Assembly (NCBI RefSeq): GCF_009834535.1
Contig: NC_045708.1
Location: 18,972,001-19,036,000, forward strand
Source of the DNA: Camelus ferus
Taxonomy: Eukaryota
DNA length: 64,000 nucleotides
Direction: 5' to 3'
Positions 51,836-64,000 of the stretch are shown one piece after another. The notes under the pieces are model-generated. The model searched no databases and was not told the DNA's origin. It saw only the letters and a program-made list of their open reading frames with translations. Each line of letters begins with the position of its first letter. The stretch's first letter is position 1. The position numbers and the translations under genes were made by a program.

Positions 51836-53116
51836 AAATTACTTAAAATGCTGGCATTTATGTATTCGCATGTATAGATAAAACAGTTACATGGAATCTT
51901 CAGGTCACTGGGGTGCTAATGTAGTACACACATGAGCCTGGCAAGGACTCAAATGAGACCGGGCTTGGAGGCACAGGGCTTTAAAAAACTGGACATCCTT
52001 CCAAGGACCTGAGAGGAGTAGGGTGAAGAGGAAAGGGTCACTTTAGGTGTTTGGCTTAACCCCATTACTCAGATCTCCACCTTAAGCTCCTTTCCCATCT
52101 TCAGGGGAAGGGGACCCATCTTCAGACTGTAGCCCCACTACATATATGCCCAGTCCCTAAAATCTTGATGTAGCAGACACACCCAAGAATCCACTGGATC
52201 AGGTCCTTATAAATATATTTATAACAGAGAAAACAAGGCACTTTGGGAGCTCTCCTACACATACATCATTCTAGACAGAAAGTAAAAATTGGTTAGTTTC
52301 TCAAGTGAGCTGAGTAAAGTTAATACAGTAACAAAATTGTTCCCTAGCCCTTCCTGAGGCACAGGATGAGGCGCATCTCTGGGCAACACCTGGTCCCAGG
52401 TTAGCTGGAGCCCAGTACAGCTCAAAGCCTGATGCCCCTAGAAAGCCTGACATCTCTCCTGAGCAAAAGTCCCTGGCCTTGGGGCACTGCCCACCCCCCT
52501 CCCAGGCCCTGAGGTCAGGTGAGGGGGGCTGCAGTGGGAGGCAGGCTGAGCGCAGAGCTGGGACACGGTGGGAATGCTTAAGCAGGGTCACCAAAGCCAC
52601 AGAGACCTCAATCTGTCCAAGCTGGCGCTGCAGAGCCGGAGGATCGGCGCCACGGGAAGAGATTTCACATTAGCCCTGACAACACCGCCTCAGCTCTGTG
52701 GTGACATTGGCCAGGGTCGTTTTTGAGGGCGCTTGAGCTTCCGCTGGAGGAGAGCTAGAGCTTGGGCCAGCTGCTCTGAGCCTCCAAGGGATCGCTGAGC
52801 CTGCCCCCTCCCCATGGTTGCTTCTTTGGAATGTGCTCATCTCACAACCACGGCAAAGCCACAAGTCACTTCTGACCTTGCCGACTGGAAGCTGGGCCCC
52901 TGGGCCACAGGAATGGGGGCAGGACCCTGGACTGGGCAGACCAGGGAAGGGAGGTGGCTCCCAGGCTTCAGCCCTTAGAGTCCTTATGGGCCATTGCTCC
53001 ATATTCTTACCAGCCTCAGCCCAATTTAAATAATCACTAAACTTTGCATTCTATAATTACAGGATTCCAAAGACACACAATTACCTGCACAAGGTCCTTT
53101 ATCATCTTAAAGGAAG

Positions 53117-53292
53117 NNNNNNNNNNNNNNNNNNNNNNNNNNNNNNNNNNNNNNNNNNNNNNNNNNNNNNNNNNNNNNNNNNNNNNNNNNNNNNNNNNNN
53201 NNNNNNNNNNNNNNNNNNNNNNNNNNNNNNNNNNNNNNNNNNNNNNNNNNNNNNNNNNNNNNNNNNNNNNNNNNNNNNNNNNNNNNNNNNNN
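53117..53292. other. Assembly gap (176 N) in the WASF2 3' UTR
   Basis: Run of n. Confidence 1.
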
Positions 53293-55800
53293 AGAGGGCC
53301 TCTCGGCTGACTGGGTCCCCAGCACCCCCCCCCCCCCCCAGCTGAGGAGGCTTCGCAAGGCTGGCTGCTACAAAGCGCCGAGCTTGGCTGCATAGATTTT
53401 AATGAGAGCATTGGGTAGAGCTGTGCTGTTGCTCTCCGGGACTTGCAGATCATTACCAAACCAGCTGTAGGATGAGAACACAGCACACAGAAACCCTAGG
53501 AGGTCACTGAGCTAATGATCTAATCCTACCTTCCGCAGGCAGTGCTCCTCCCCACCTCCTCCTGCCCCCAGCCCTTTCCACAGCGGACTCTGTCCATTCC
53601 AGAAGCCAGGCCAACACCACCCCCTTCAAGGTCAGAGCAGAATGATAGTGAGTGGTGCTGGCTCCCCCTTTTCCAGGAAGGAGGGGGATGGGGGTAATTT
53701 AGTCAAAGCCATTAGGCCCAAACCCTGGCCTGGCCTGGCCAGGCCCCAGGACACCTATTTGGAAGAACCACTGTTCTACGCCTGCCGCTTCAGCCACTGC
53801 TGGGCTGCAGCCAGGGGCACCTTCAACAGCCATTTTAGGTTCTGAAGAAAGCCCCTTCAGCTCCCAGATCGCAAGGTGGGAAGCAAGGCAGGGGTGCACA
53901 CCGTCTGATATGCTCCTCACTGGGCCGGTGCCAGCCCTGTGCCAGAGACATCTGATCTGGGGAGAGCAGCCCCTGCAGGAGGGCATGCTGGCCTCTAAAG
54001 GCTCAGTCCCCACACCTGGAGTTCAAGGAAAGAAGAGGGGGAACATTCAGCCAGGGCACAGCAGCAGCACCCGTGCTTACACACTCCTCAAGCCGGAGGG
54101 GTTTATGAGGGCTTTGACAATTACTATAACCATTTGCTGTGCTGGGTAGAGGCAGATCCTGTTTCTCTTTGTTTCAGGGCTCTGAAAGCCAGAGAAGCCA
54201 GGAGAAGCCGGTTTCAGCATAAGAGGCTACACAATAGTTAGGGCAGAAGAGAAGAAACCTCACTGTTGGCCAAAGCTGACCAGTTTTTTCCTGAATAATA
54301 GCACCTGTGTATTAGCTCTGGGAGAAAGGGGGAGCAAGGAGGGAACATCATCGTGTGCAGTGAGGAGAGGAGCTGGAAACAAGACCCAGAGTCCCTCTGC
54401 CTTTCAGCCCTTCTCATGGCTGCCAGGCCCCTCCAGGCAGCTACCTGAGGCGGCTGCCAGCCTGAGGGACTGAAGTTTCTACAGTTGGCAGAACCTACGC
54501 TTATATTGGGGAAATAAAAGGGGGAGGAGTTGTAGAGGAATTGAAAGCAGCACCTGTCACGCTGCCTACCCTCTTCCTTCTCTCACTACCTCTGGTCCCC
54601 CAAAAGGGCAGCTCTCAAGGCCAGGTGGTTGGCTGGTGATAGGAAAGGGGGAGCAAAGAATTACAATAGAGGCTATAAGGGTCTGAGCAGCACTGACAGG
54701 CCTGGCACAGGCCCTGAGCCCTTCTACTGGGACCCCCACCTGTGGTGAGGTCTAGAGTTACACAATGCCAAGACTGCTCTGCCCAGACTCCAGGGGTGCC
54801 CACTATTTGGTCCCAGAAAGCACAGGTGATTTGGAATCAGGAACTCTGGGCTCTAGTTCTGTCACCATCCAACTGTGTGACCTTGAGCAAGTCACCTTCC
54901 ATCTCTAGGCTGCAGCATCATTAAGAGGGCAGGACCCAAGGAGCTCTACCATTTTTCCAGTCCTGTAGTTCCAAGTCTCTAACCTTGGCTCCTGACAGCC
55001 AGCAGAGGCCCAGATCCCTGCGTGTCAGAGCTAGTTTGGTCATGGGTATTAGAGGTGAGAACTGGGCTATGGTGATTGGAGGCACCTGGTGGTGGGGGAG
55101 AGGCATTTTAGGGCCACCTGAACACCACATTCATGAGAGGGAGCCTGGGAGGGAGGCAACCAGCCCTGCTTTCAGAAAGGCGTCATTTCTGAGCAGAAGG
55201 GGGAGTGTGTGACACATTTCTTTAGGGGCTTGATGGCCCCAGGAATAAAGGGCATCCAGATACAGAGGCGGCTTAAGCAAAAAGTAGCCTCACCCTGCTG
55301 ATTAGGGCAAAAGGGTGAGGCACTCGGGTGTGTGGCCTGCTCTGCCCTCTTAGTGCATGGGAAAAGGGGCCAGCTGTGTCCCTCCAGGCTTTAGAACCTG
55401 AAGATGGCTGGCATTATTCGAAGTAGCTGAGGGCAAGGATTCTGGAAGAAGACGACAGAAAATGGCTCTTAGGAGAAGGCACCAACTCCAATTTAAACCC
55501 AGTCAAAGGGATCTGCTTTGGGGTTTTTCCTTCTCTTCAATATGCAACAGTCACTTGAAGGGAACAGGAAACATCTCAGCTACTGAATCTCAGGAGTCCC
55601 ATGGGGCCTGACTACGGGAAGATGGGAAATACATGTTGATTTGGAGGAAGCACTTGGATACATCTTTGGTTGTTTTAGGGAAGGCTTTGGCCCCTGGAAA
55701 TTTTTTTTCTCCCTTTTCTTCCCCTTGGGACTGTTGGGATAGGCAGCAAAGAAGGCAGGTAGGAAGGAAAGAAAAAGGAAGTGGGCAGCAGGCAGAAGAG

Positions 55801-58800
55801 TTAATCCGACCATTCGTCCTCATCAAACTCAGAGGAGTCATCTTCTGAGTCGCTGTACTCCACAGCAATGCGACGCGACAAGATGGTGGCCACGTCATTG
55901 CCCACAACATCTCGCTTTTCTTGTTCCCGCTGCTCCTCAACCCTGCGCAGCTGAAAGCCTGGTGGGAGAGAGAAGGGTTAAAAAGGCAAGTCAGTCTCAG
56001 AATCCATTCCAGACTGAGGAAGAGGGAGTGGCCCTGGTGGCTGTGGTGGGGTTAGGTACTGGAAAGGACAACAAAAAAGAAGGATCCTCTGGGAAAGCCA
56101 AGAGGGAAAGGGGGAAACGGGACAAGAAGTAAAGATGAGGTTTTATGAAATCGTGGCCCCAGCACTATAGGTGTTTCTGAAAGGAAGCCTGCCATTCTTC
56201 CCGATTTCCGCGCTCTCAGGCCGATGAGGATGGTACTTCTAATGAGGATCTGAGTGGGCAGAGTCTGCCCGGAGTGCAGCAGGCACTCAGTCTGCCCAAT
56301 TCATCGATTTTCATGGAGCTCAGCTAGGTTGTCTCCTCTAGACAATCCTTCAGTCCCTTCAGGATCAAACAGAAGAAACCACTATAACCCCTTGGCACCA
56401 GACCCAAACTCTGACAGAAAAAGAATAAATGCTCCCAAGGGTAAACTGATCATGAGGGAGGGGAGAAAGGTAGAGAGAAAGGAAAGGAAGGGGATAGCAA
56501 GAAAGGGGGAGAAGAAGGGGGTGGGAAGCAGGAGTGGGGGGAGTAGGGAGGAAGGATATAAAAGGCAAAAATGGAGGACAGGGGGGTTACAGTCCAGCTG
56601 AGGAAGTACCTTCTAGGACAGTGATGCTTGTTTTCCCCTGGGGCACAAAATAGATGCAAACACACACAAAGCATACATTTTCAAGTTCAAAGATCCCACG
56701 TTAAGAGTCCTTTACTTTAAACCAAGGTGGAAAGAAATATAAACCTCTGTTTTTTTAGAGTGAAGCCTTCCTTCAGACTGATCCAAGGTCTGAGGTCCCA
56801 ATCTCTCCCCACCCAGTGAAAGCTAGTCCCTTAGAAGGGCACAGAACCCCTTGTCCACCCTCCAGTCAGTCATCCCAGCTGTAGGAAGACAAGGCTTCAT
56901 GATTTTACCTTGACGGATTGCTGAAAGCAAGTCGCTGCGGGCATCACTCACAGGTGGCAAGGAGGACTTGGGCTTGGTGGTATCAGAAAGTGGCGGAGGT
57001 GCAGCAGGCTGGCCATCTGCACCACTGAAAGGGGGAGGTGGGGGCCCCGGAGGAGGTGGGGGAGGCGGAGGGGGAGGGGCTCCTCCTGCTGGTTGGGACA
57101 AGGGAGGTGGTGGCAGTGTTGAATAGTCAGCTGCTGGTGGTGGGGGAGGAGGTGGAGGGGCAGCAAAATCGGGGTGAGGTGGGAAAGATGGGGGTGAAGG
57201 TGGTGGTGGGGTCCCTGGAGACCCAAATCCTCCAGGCAGTGGTGGGGGTGGAGTGTTCATCATTGGAGGTGGAGGCGGAGGGGCAGGTGGTGGAGCAAAC
57301 CCGGGTTTGGGGCCTGGTGGAGAGCCCAGAGGAGGAGCTGGTGGTGGATGGCTTGGGCTAACCACACTGGATCTTTTGGGTCCAACTAAGCCAGACCCTC
57401 TTTGGTTACTGTCTGCTGGGTAGCTGAAATGACAAAGAAAAAAGACCCACCATCACTTTCAGGATGGAAACATCCAGCTATAGTTAAGCCTCTCTATAAG
57501 CCTAGGTTCATTATGGTTGATAGTATCATTTCATTTTGACTCCAAAAGAAAGAAAAACCTGGAAATGGTCAGAACAGAACAATGATATGGGCAGCCTTAT
57601 AAGATAATGAGCTTCTTGTAAGGTAATGAGCCTCCCATCAGCAGAGGAATATAAGCAGAAATTTAAAAAAACTGAAAGAGTGGACTTAGGATTCTTCTAA
57701 CAGGTAAGGGCTGGCCAAGATCATCTCTTCAAACACCACCCACCCACCAGGATCTGTTCCACAGGCTATTAACATTCACCAGATCCTGTGAGGGCAGGAA
57801 ATCCAAGCCAAGCTAACCAAACTTGAGCAGGGTACAGATTTAGGTGAATGCACCTTCAGTGCTCATGTGGAAAAACTTGAGAGGGAATGAGGGCTGGAGG
57901 GTCAGCAGAGACGGGAAATGAATGTGGCACCAGACTTGACCCGGGTTGAGAGAGGATTAAGACGCACTTCTCCTGGGTCAGGCATGCTCCACTGCAGCTG
58001 CAAGGTCTCAGGCTATGTGTGAGACTGAAAGGCTTCTTTTTCCACCTTTGTATCTGCCCTGCACTAATAGCTACTCCTTAGAAAAGCATCCATCTTGGAA
58101 TTTTCCACAGACCTTCAAGCCTTAGTAGCATCCGACAGGGCAACCAGCAGGAAGTGATTTGGGAGGCAGGAGATTTGAGATTAGTGGTGTCAAGAGCCAA
58201 GAATGGGCTGAGGAGTGGGGGTGACAGCACTGCTTTAGGTCTCCATCTGAGGGGTCCTCAACATATCCAATCACTGATTAAACAGTGTCCAAGGAGAAAA
58301 GCATACCTTTCAAAACTCTCACTTGTCAGGCATCAGACAAGACAAAGAAAAGTAACTACGAGGAAACACTGAAATCTGAACACTCCCCAGATCCCTTCCC
58401 CTTTCAGCTATTACTTGCTAACTCTTCTCCTACACACCTCCACTGTCAATTTATCACAATGACACTGACAAATTATCACAATGGTCACATTCTAAGTTTC
58501 ATCTCTTTTCCTTTTGTTTCATTCTTTCTGGAGATTCTACCCAACAGTGGAATGAACCAGAGGCAACAGGAGGAAAGGGTGACTATCTTCTAGATAACTG
58601 GGCAAGATGTCTGCTCAATATGGATAGCAGCAGATTATACCATCTCATTTCATGCAGTGTCAAAGCTAAGTAAAAAACAAGTGATAAGCTGGTGACTTCT
58701 GTCACATTCAGGTATAGCTAGTAGTTAAGAACACAGGCTCTGGAGTCAGACTGGCCTGCTTTCCAACTATCACTCTGCCACTAACTGGACATGTGATCTT

Positions 58801-61512
58801 AGATAAGTTCACTGACCACTCTGTGCCTCACTGTTCACTCATCTGAAAAATGGGTTCCTATCTCAAGAGGACTCTTGAATAATTAAGTAACATACAGTGT
58901 CTGGCATAATGCCTGGCAACTTACAAACACTTCATAAATGTTAATTACTTTTATTATCTAGACAGACTTGCCTGAAGTTATTTTAGTGCTCCTGGCCTGG
59001 ATTTGGAACTCCTACCTTGTTCTTGAGTGTTTAACCATCCAAAGTAGATGGAAGAGGTACCACCATTTACCTGAATTCTGCTGGTGGGGGAGGCAAGCTG
59101 TCCTCAGAGAAGGAAGGAGAAGGTGGGGAAGTGGAGTCTGACTGTGGTGGTGGTGGGTAGTTGCTTGCATCCACGTTTTCAATAGAGCCAATGCTGCCAT
59201 TCTGGTACACCAAGGTGGGTGGATACCTGAAAATGAACGCAAGGCCAAAACTGACATTTAAAGTCTGAGTGGTACTCTCTTATTTTTGCAAGAGACCCCA
59301 CAAAACTACATTTGATATAAAAGCTATTAGGGGGAAATAAAATTGGTATATTTCCCATACAGTTTCCGTTGTACTGAAATTTTATTTTAGGACTAAACAT
59401 ACTATTGCTAAAATATCTCCCAGATGTTTCTGCTCAATTGTCTGTATAAATGGGATTCAACTCAGGTTACCAAAACCATGCTGTTGCTCTCCCAGTGTTG
59501 GCCTTGTTAAACCCAGCACTTCTTTTAAATTCTCTCCCAAATATTAGGAGCAGCCCAGACCCAAATCCCAAAGTCTGTCTTGTGGCAAAGGGCAAAGCCA
59601 AGCCCCAAGGCTAGTGAGCTACAAACACGTGACTGGCACACAGCCTGGTTTTGAGGTCAGCAAGCCTCTAGAGCGCTCAAAGGCCAAGGAGGCATCTGAT
59701 TGCAAAATCAAGCTGAGGACAGATGCATGTTGCTGTGTGGTAGTTAGACATGGTCTCTGCCAGGTCTCTTTATCTAACAAAATGAGCTGCTGATTAAAGT
59801 GGGGTGCTAGGGCTTGCCTCGTGAAAACCTCCTGTTCTCACAGAACTGGGCCTTGGGTGAAATTGTTCTCGGTGGATGGCAAAAAACTTCCAAACAAGCA
59901 CAAATACAGCAAGCAGCAGCTAGCAAAATGGGGCCTGTTGTGCTCTACCTCCCCCTTCTTTCCACCATTGTTGGGTTCTAAGGAACTCATGTAAACAGAC
60001 TCCAAGAAGAGAGTTGGAGGGAACTAACTTAATCAAATGATGCTCTGATGTTGAGAATCTCCAAGGCCTGTAGCCCTGTAGATTTGGCATATCTCTTTAC
60101 AGCTTCACCAATAAGCATCTGCAGGTAGACAGCCATGCTGACCAATCCCAAACCTCTTGGACAACAGGAAAATGGGAGGCAAAGTCCTCCTTTTCACCAC
60201 CACAATTACACAGACACACAGACTCACAGACACACACACACATACACACACAAAATCGTTGGTTGGCATTCCGAATATGCAAGCTGCTGGCCTTAGAGTC
60301 ACTGAACCATCATATGACAAGGGCCTGTCTGAACAGCATGGAACTGTGGAACAAAATGGCCCCTTTTTATCAGGAGGAAGGTAACGGAGGTACCCTCAGG
60401 GCTGATTCCCCCGTAGAAAGAAAGGTTTATTTTTCCTCTCACCATCTTCATCACTCTTTAAGACAAATCTCTTAATTCAGGAAGAACAAGTGTCAGAAGT
60501 GTCAAGATTTCTAAAAGTCAAGATTTTCAAGGTAGAATTATTCCTAAAAGCAAGAACAACTCATCTCTTTCCTTTTATCATTCCTAGATACCAGGCATTG
60601 GCTGGCATGGTTCTCTGAGAGCCAGGATGCAAGGTATTTAAGGGAAAAACCAGGGCGACATTCATGCCAAGCAGTCGTGGTGACTTGGCTTTGAATGTCA
60701 CACAGGTCGGACACCAGGATAAGCATCAAACCAAGCTTTAAAACCATTTTTTCCCTTTTAAACCTCTAGTGTGATTTGGTATTGGGAAATGGGGTCAAAA
60801 TGACATCTACTATTTCTCCACAGAGATATATAGCCTCAATATTGGCTGAGCGACCTTTCCCACACTGTCTCTTAGGTCTGCTTTCAGTCCCTTGGCCAAC
60901 CTCTCTTCTGAGACTGACAAAGGCTGACTGAAAAGTTGCTTTGGTGATGCACACAAATTCTGCCTGGCCCTCCCCACTCCCGTGAACTGCCCAGCTCTTA
61001 GCCATGACCTTCAAATCAATGCTCTGGAGGCAAAAGCCTCCCAAGATCACTTCCCTTTCCTTTCTAGTCTTTCCTTTGAGACCCTCAGACATACCAGTGT
61101 CTGGCAGAGTAAGGGCACTAGAAGGCATGGGCTTTCTTTTCCAGACCACTCTGGTCACCTCATTTAAACTGCCGAGTCTCTTGATTTTTTTTTTTTTTTA
61201 GCAAATTTTAATCACCAGATGGAGGCACTTTAAACTAGCTGCTTAACAGTGGTATTGATTTAAGCCACACAGCCAGACTTCAGGGGGTATGAAAGGTATC
61301 ATGCTAGAGCTGTCAGACTGCTGTCCCCAGGTGCCCAGCACCTTTAAAGAATGCTACCAAGACAACAAAAGCAACACCTACCCAGAAGGCCCCAGCTTCT
61401 CTTTGGATTCCACAAATTCTTGACCCATCTTCATTTTCTCCCACTCTTCCTTACGTGTCTTGATTTTACGCGGGTTTACATTCCCTCGATTTGGATTCTC
61501 TTTCTTTTCTTT
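55801..61512 (-). CDS. WASF2: WASP family member 2 (WAVE2), last four coding exons only; the gene continues past the gap and window end
   Basis: Exons 61382-61512 ([33 protein letters not shown]), 59071-59226, 56909-57423 (proline-rich region and WH2 start [13 protein letters not shown]) and 55801-55958 ([14 protein letters not shown]...[31 protein letters not shown]). Phases are consistent. Confidence 0.96.
58715..58945 (+). mobile_element. MIR SINE in a WASF2 intron
   Basis: ggctctggagtcagac...tgtgatcttagataagttcactgaccactctgtgcctcactgttcactcatctgaaaaatggg...gtgtctggcata. Confidence 0.7.
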
Positions 61513-62464
61513 CTATAATGAAAAGAAACAGAAAAGCCTTAAAACATTTCCCAAAGTTCTTCATTAAAATTCCATCCACCTTCATAGATGCACACCCAAG
61601 AGATGATCTGCCTAGACAACATACAAAAACTACAGAATTTATAGAATTGCTGGGTAGAGTAACCTAGCGGTCATCCAATCCAAACTACCTCCTGGGCTCA
61701 AACACCTCTAGGGATGGAAACCCACTCTTTGAGTGGGTTTGAGTAACTGAAAGTTACTCTTTGGGTAACTCATTCATGTTTTTAAGCAGCTCTAATTGTT
61801 AGGAAGTTAGTAAATAGGTATTTGTTATTTGCTCTGCCACAAAAGGTCAGTCAAGAGAGAAGAGAAATAATAGCAGCTGTAGGTATCTGGGACAGAAATA
61901 AGGAAATAGCTAAAAAAAAACCAAAACCGAAATAACCAATGAAGAATTCTTCAGCCTGTACATCTGCACTAGCCCCTGGCACTCTCTTAGGCCTCCCAGC
62001 AGCCATGCTAATGGGACTGTGAGGATGCAACTGGTACATCATATGCTTATACACATCACTGGGAGTCTAAGGGGAGGGGAGCATCTCCCAAAACTAGGCC
62101 TACACTCCCACTCCTGCCCCGCACAATCGGTAGTCAAGGTGTTAAAGTGCTCCTGTTGCAAATCAAACACTGTAGAGCCTTGTGCTGATCTCTGAGAAAT
62201 GAGCTGCAGAACTGGTAGGGAAGGGACTAGCTTAGCTTGAGTGTCCAGCAGAGTCAGGTGCAAATTGCAAGAGAAATAAACTGTGACTAGAAAAGTCAAT
62301 TTCTAAAACTCAGCCTGAATATACTCAATTGTTAATAGCGCTGGGGGGAACAAACATATTTTTGGTATGATTTATACTTTCATCTTGGTTGTGTTTGGAG
62401 TGGACACATTTTTTTAAGAGTTTCACCTGGCATCCAAGCAAGCAGCCACTCGGAATGATTACTT

Positions 62465-62664
62465 NNNNNNNNNNNNNNNNNNNNNNNNNNNNNNNNNNNN
62501 NNNNNNNNNNNNNNNNNNNNNNNNNNNNNNNNNNNNNNNNNNNNNNNNNNNNNNNNNNNNNNNNNNNNNNNNNNNNNNNNNNNNNNNNNNNNNNNNNNNN
62601 NNNNNNNNNNNNNNNNNNNNNNNNNNNNNNNNNNNNNNNNNNNNNNNNNNNNNNNNNNNNNNNN
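62465..62664. other. Assembly gap (200 N) within WASF2, probably hiding a coding exon
   Basis: Run of n; see findings. Confidence 1.
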
Positions 62665-64000
62665 GGGATAGAAATGAAGACAAGCAGCTGTCAGTGGACA
62701 GATGAGCTCCCAACCAAATCCAATATTCCAAACACCTACCAGTTAGCAGTTTTTACACTGAGGAATCAAAAAGTCATTCAAATCGATTGCATATTTCCTC
62801 TCCCATATCAGCGTTCCAATGACCCTGAATGGCACAACACTTCTTTACTTGTCTGGCTTTTTAAGAACCTTAGCTTTACTTTCAAATTCTGGTAGAGGAA
62901 TTTGCATGATCAGGGCAAGAATGAGCTACAGCACCAGGGATTCTGATTATTTCTAATGATCTGCATGGCCACAGACATCTCCCTGAGGACATTCTGATAT
63001 CTTGGCACATCAGATGGGATTTCTGCCGCTGGTTCCCCTAACACCATCAACTGCCCAGGTCTGTCTAGAAATCATTAGTGGCTTCCCAACCACCCAAAAC
63101 CTGTGCACACATGTGCAGGTTCACATGTGTACACATGTATGCATATAAACCCATGAATATGTGTAGGTGTGCAGCTGTTATTCTTCTGTAAATACAGATA
63201 ATCACAGTACTCCACTTCCAATTGCTCCCTTCCAGAATAGCTCAGCTTCCGCCCCCAGCCCCCAACCACAAGGGGGCCCCAGTGAGAAAAGATGGCCAGC
63301 TGTTTTATGACCACAAGATTTAATTACCATCTCTTAGTGGCTGTGACAGAAGTACAGAGTGAGCTACTGAGTGTCAATGTAAGGATTATCTGCCAGACTC
63401 AATGACCTTGGTTGCAGTCCCGCACCTTGGCATGGCTAAGTCTCTCTCGCTTTCCAGAAAGCATGTCCGTAAGGATAGACATTTATTTTAACACTACTCT
63501 GAAGTAAAAAGAATTGGAAAGGCAACTCTTCCTTGACCTCCAATACTATCACAACACACAGAAAGCATTTCCAAATCAAGCTCTAATGATTTTTATATTA
63601 AATCGTGTTCTGAGTTAGCTACACCATTGCTTATTTCTGTTAGGCCAAATCCAGATAACTGAGTGGAGAATGTTAAAAAGGAAAATACTCTACATTAACT
63701 GAAAAATAAACTTGTCTTCTCATACTCCCTTCAATATTATCAGGTGTGTTGTCCGTTCTTGCCCCACAACCTCTCTGCTCAGATATAATCAGACTAAACT
63801 GATGGAGGCTACAGAGTCAAATCTCTGCTCTGCTGTGTTAGCGAGCCCCTTCGAGAGGCAAACATAATTTCACCCAGTGATAATACAGGATAGATGTCAT
63901 GTACTTTCCTGTGTCTGTGTGAGAAGCGACTGTGCTCCTATTCCGGCTCTCTGGATCAGGTGGGTGTCCTTGAATTTCACACACACATATCCTACTTTGC

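Noticed and set aside
53037-53486. ORFs spanning the N gaps (also 62389-62895)
   Set aside because: Artefacts of translating N as X.

Overview
Mammalian genomic DNA syntenic with human 1p36.11. Gene order: SYTL1 (+, 14 coding exons, 565 aa), MAP3K6/ASK2 (-, 29 exons, 1289 aa, kinase motifs intact), a decayed FCN3 (ficolin-3) unitary pseudogene (-), CD164L2 (-, 174 aa), GPR3 (+, single coding exon, 330 aa) and the 3' half of WASF2/WAVE2 (-). All exons were traced by hand from GT-AG boundaries and reading phase; comparisons with human sequences are from memory and need confirming by alignment. The tRNA-derived SINEs resemble the camelid Vic-1 type, so the species is probably alpaca, llama or camel (inference). 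Old MIR, L2, L1M and CR1 fragments fill introns and intergenic DNA. There are two N gaps (53117-53292, 62465-62664). I found no convincing novel biological system. The best second-look items are: the FCN3 pseudogene, disabled in 7 of 8 exons but retaining its TATA box, ATG and poly(A) signal; a WASF2 coding exon apparently hidden in the second gap; splice-encoded isoform switches in CD164L2, WASF2, MAP3K6 and SYTL1; the GPR3 CRE, AU-rich and CTCF architecture; a ~60-bp duplicated element upstream of FCN3; and several unexplained degenerate motif arrays.
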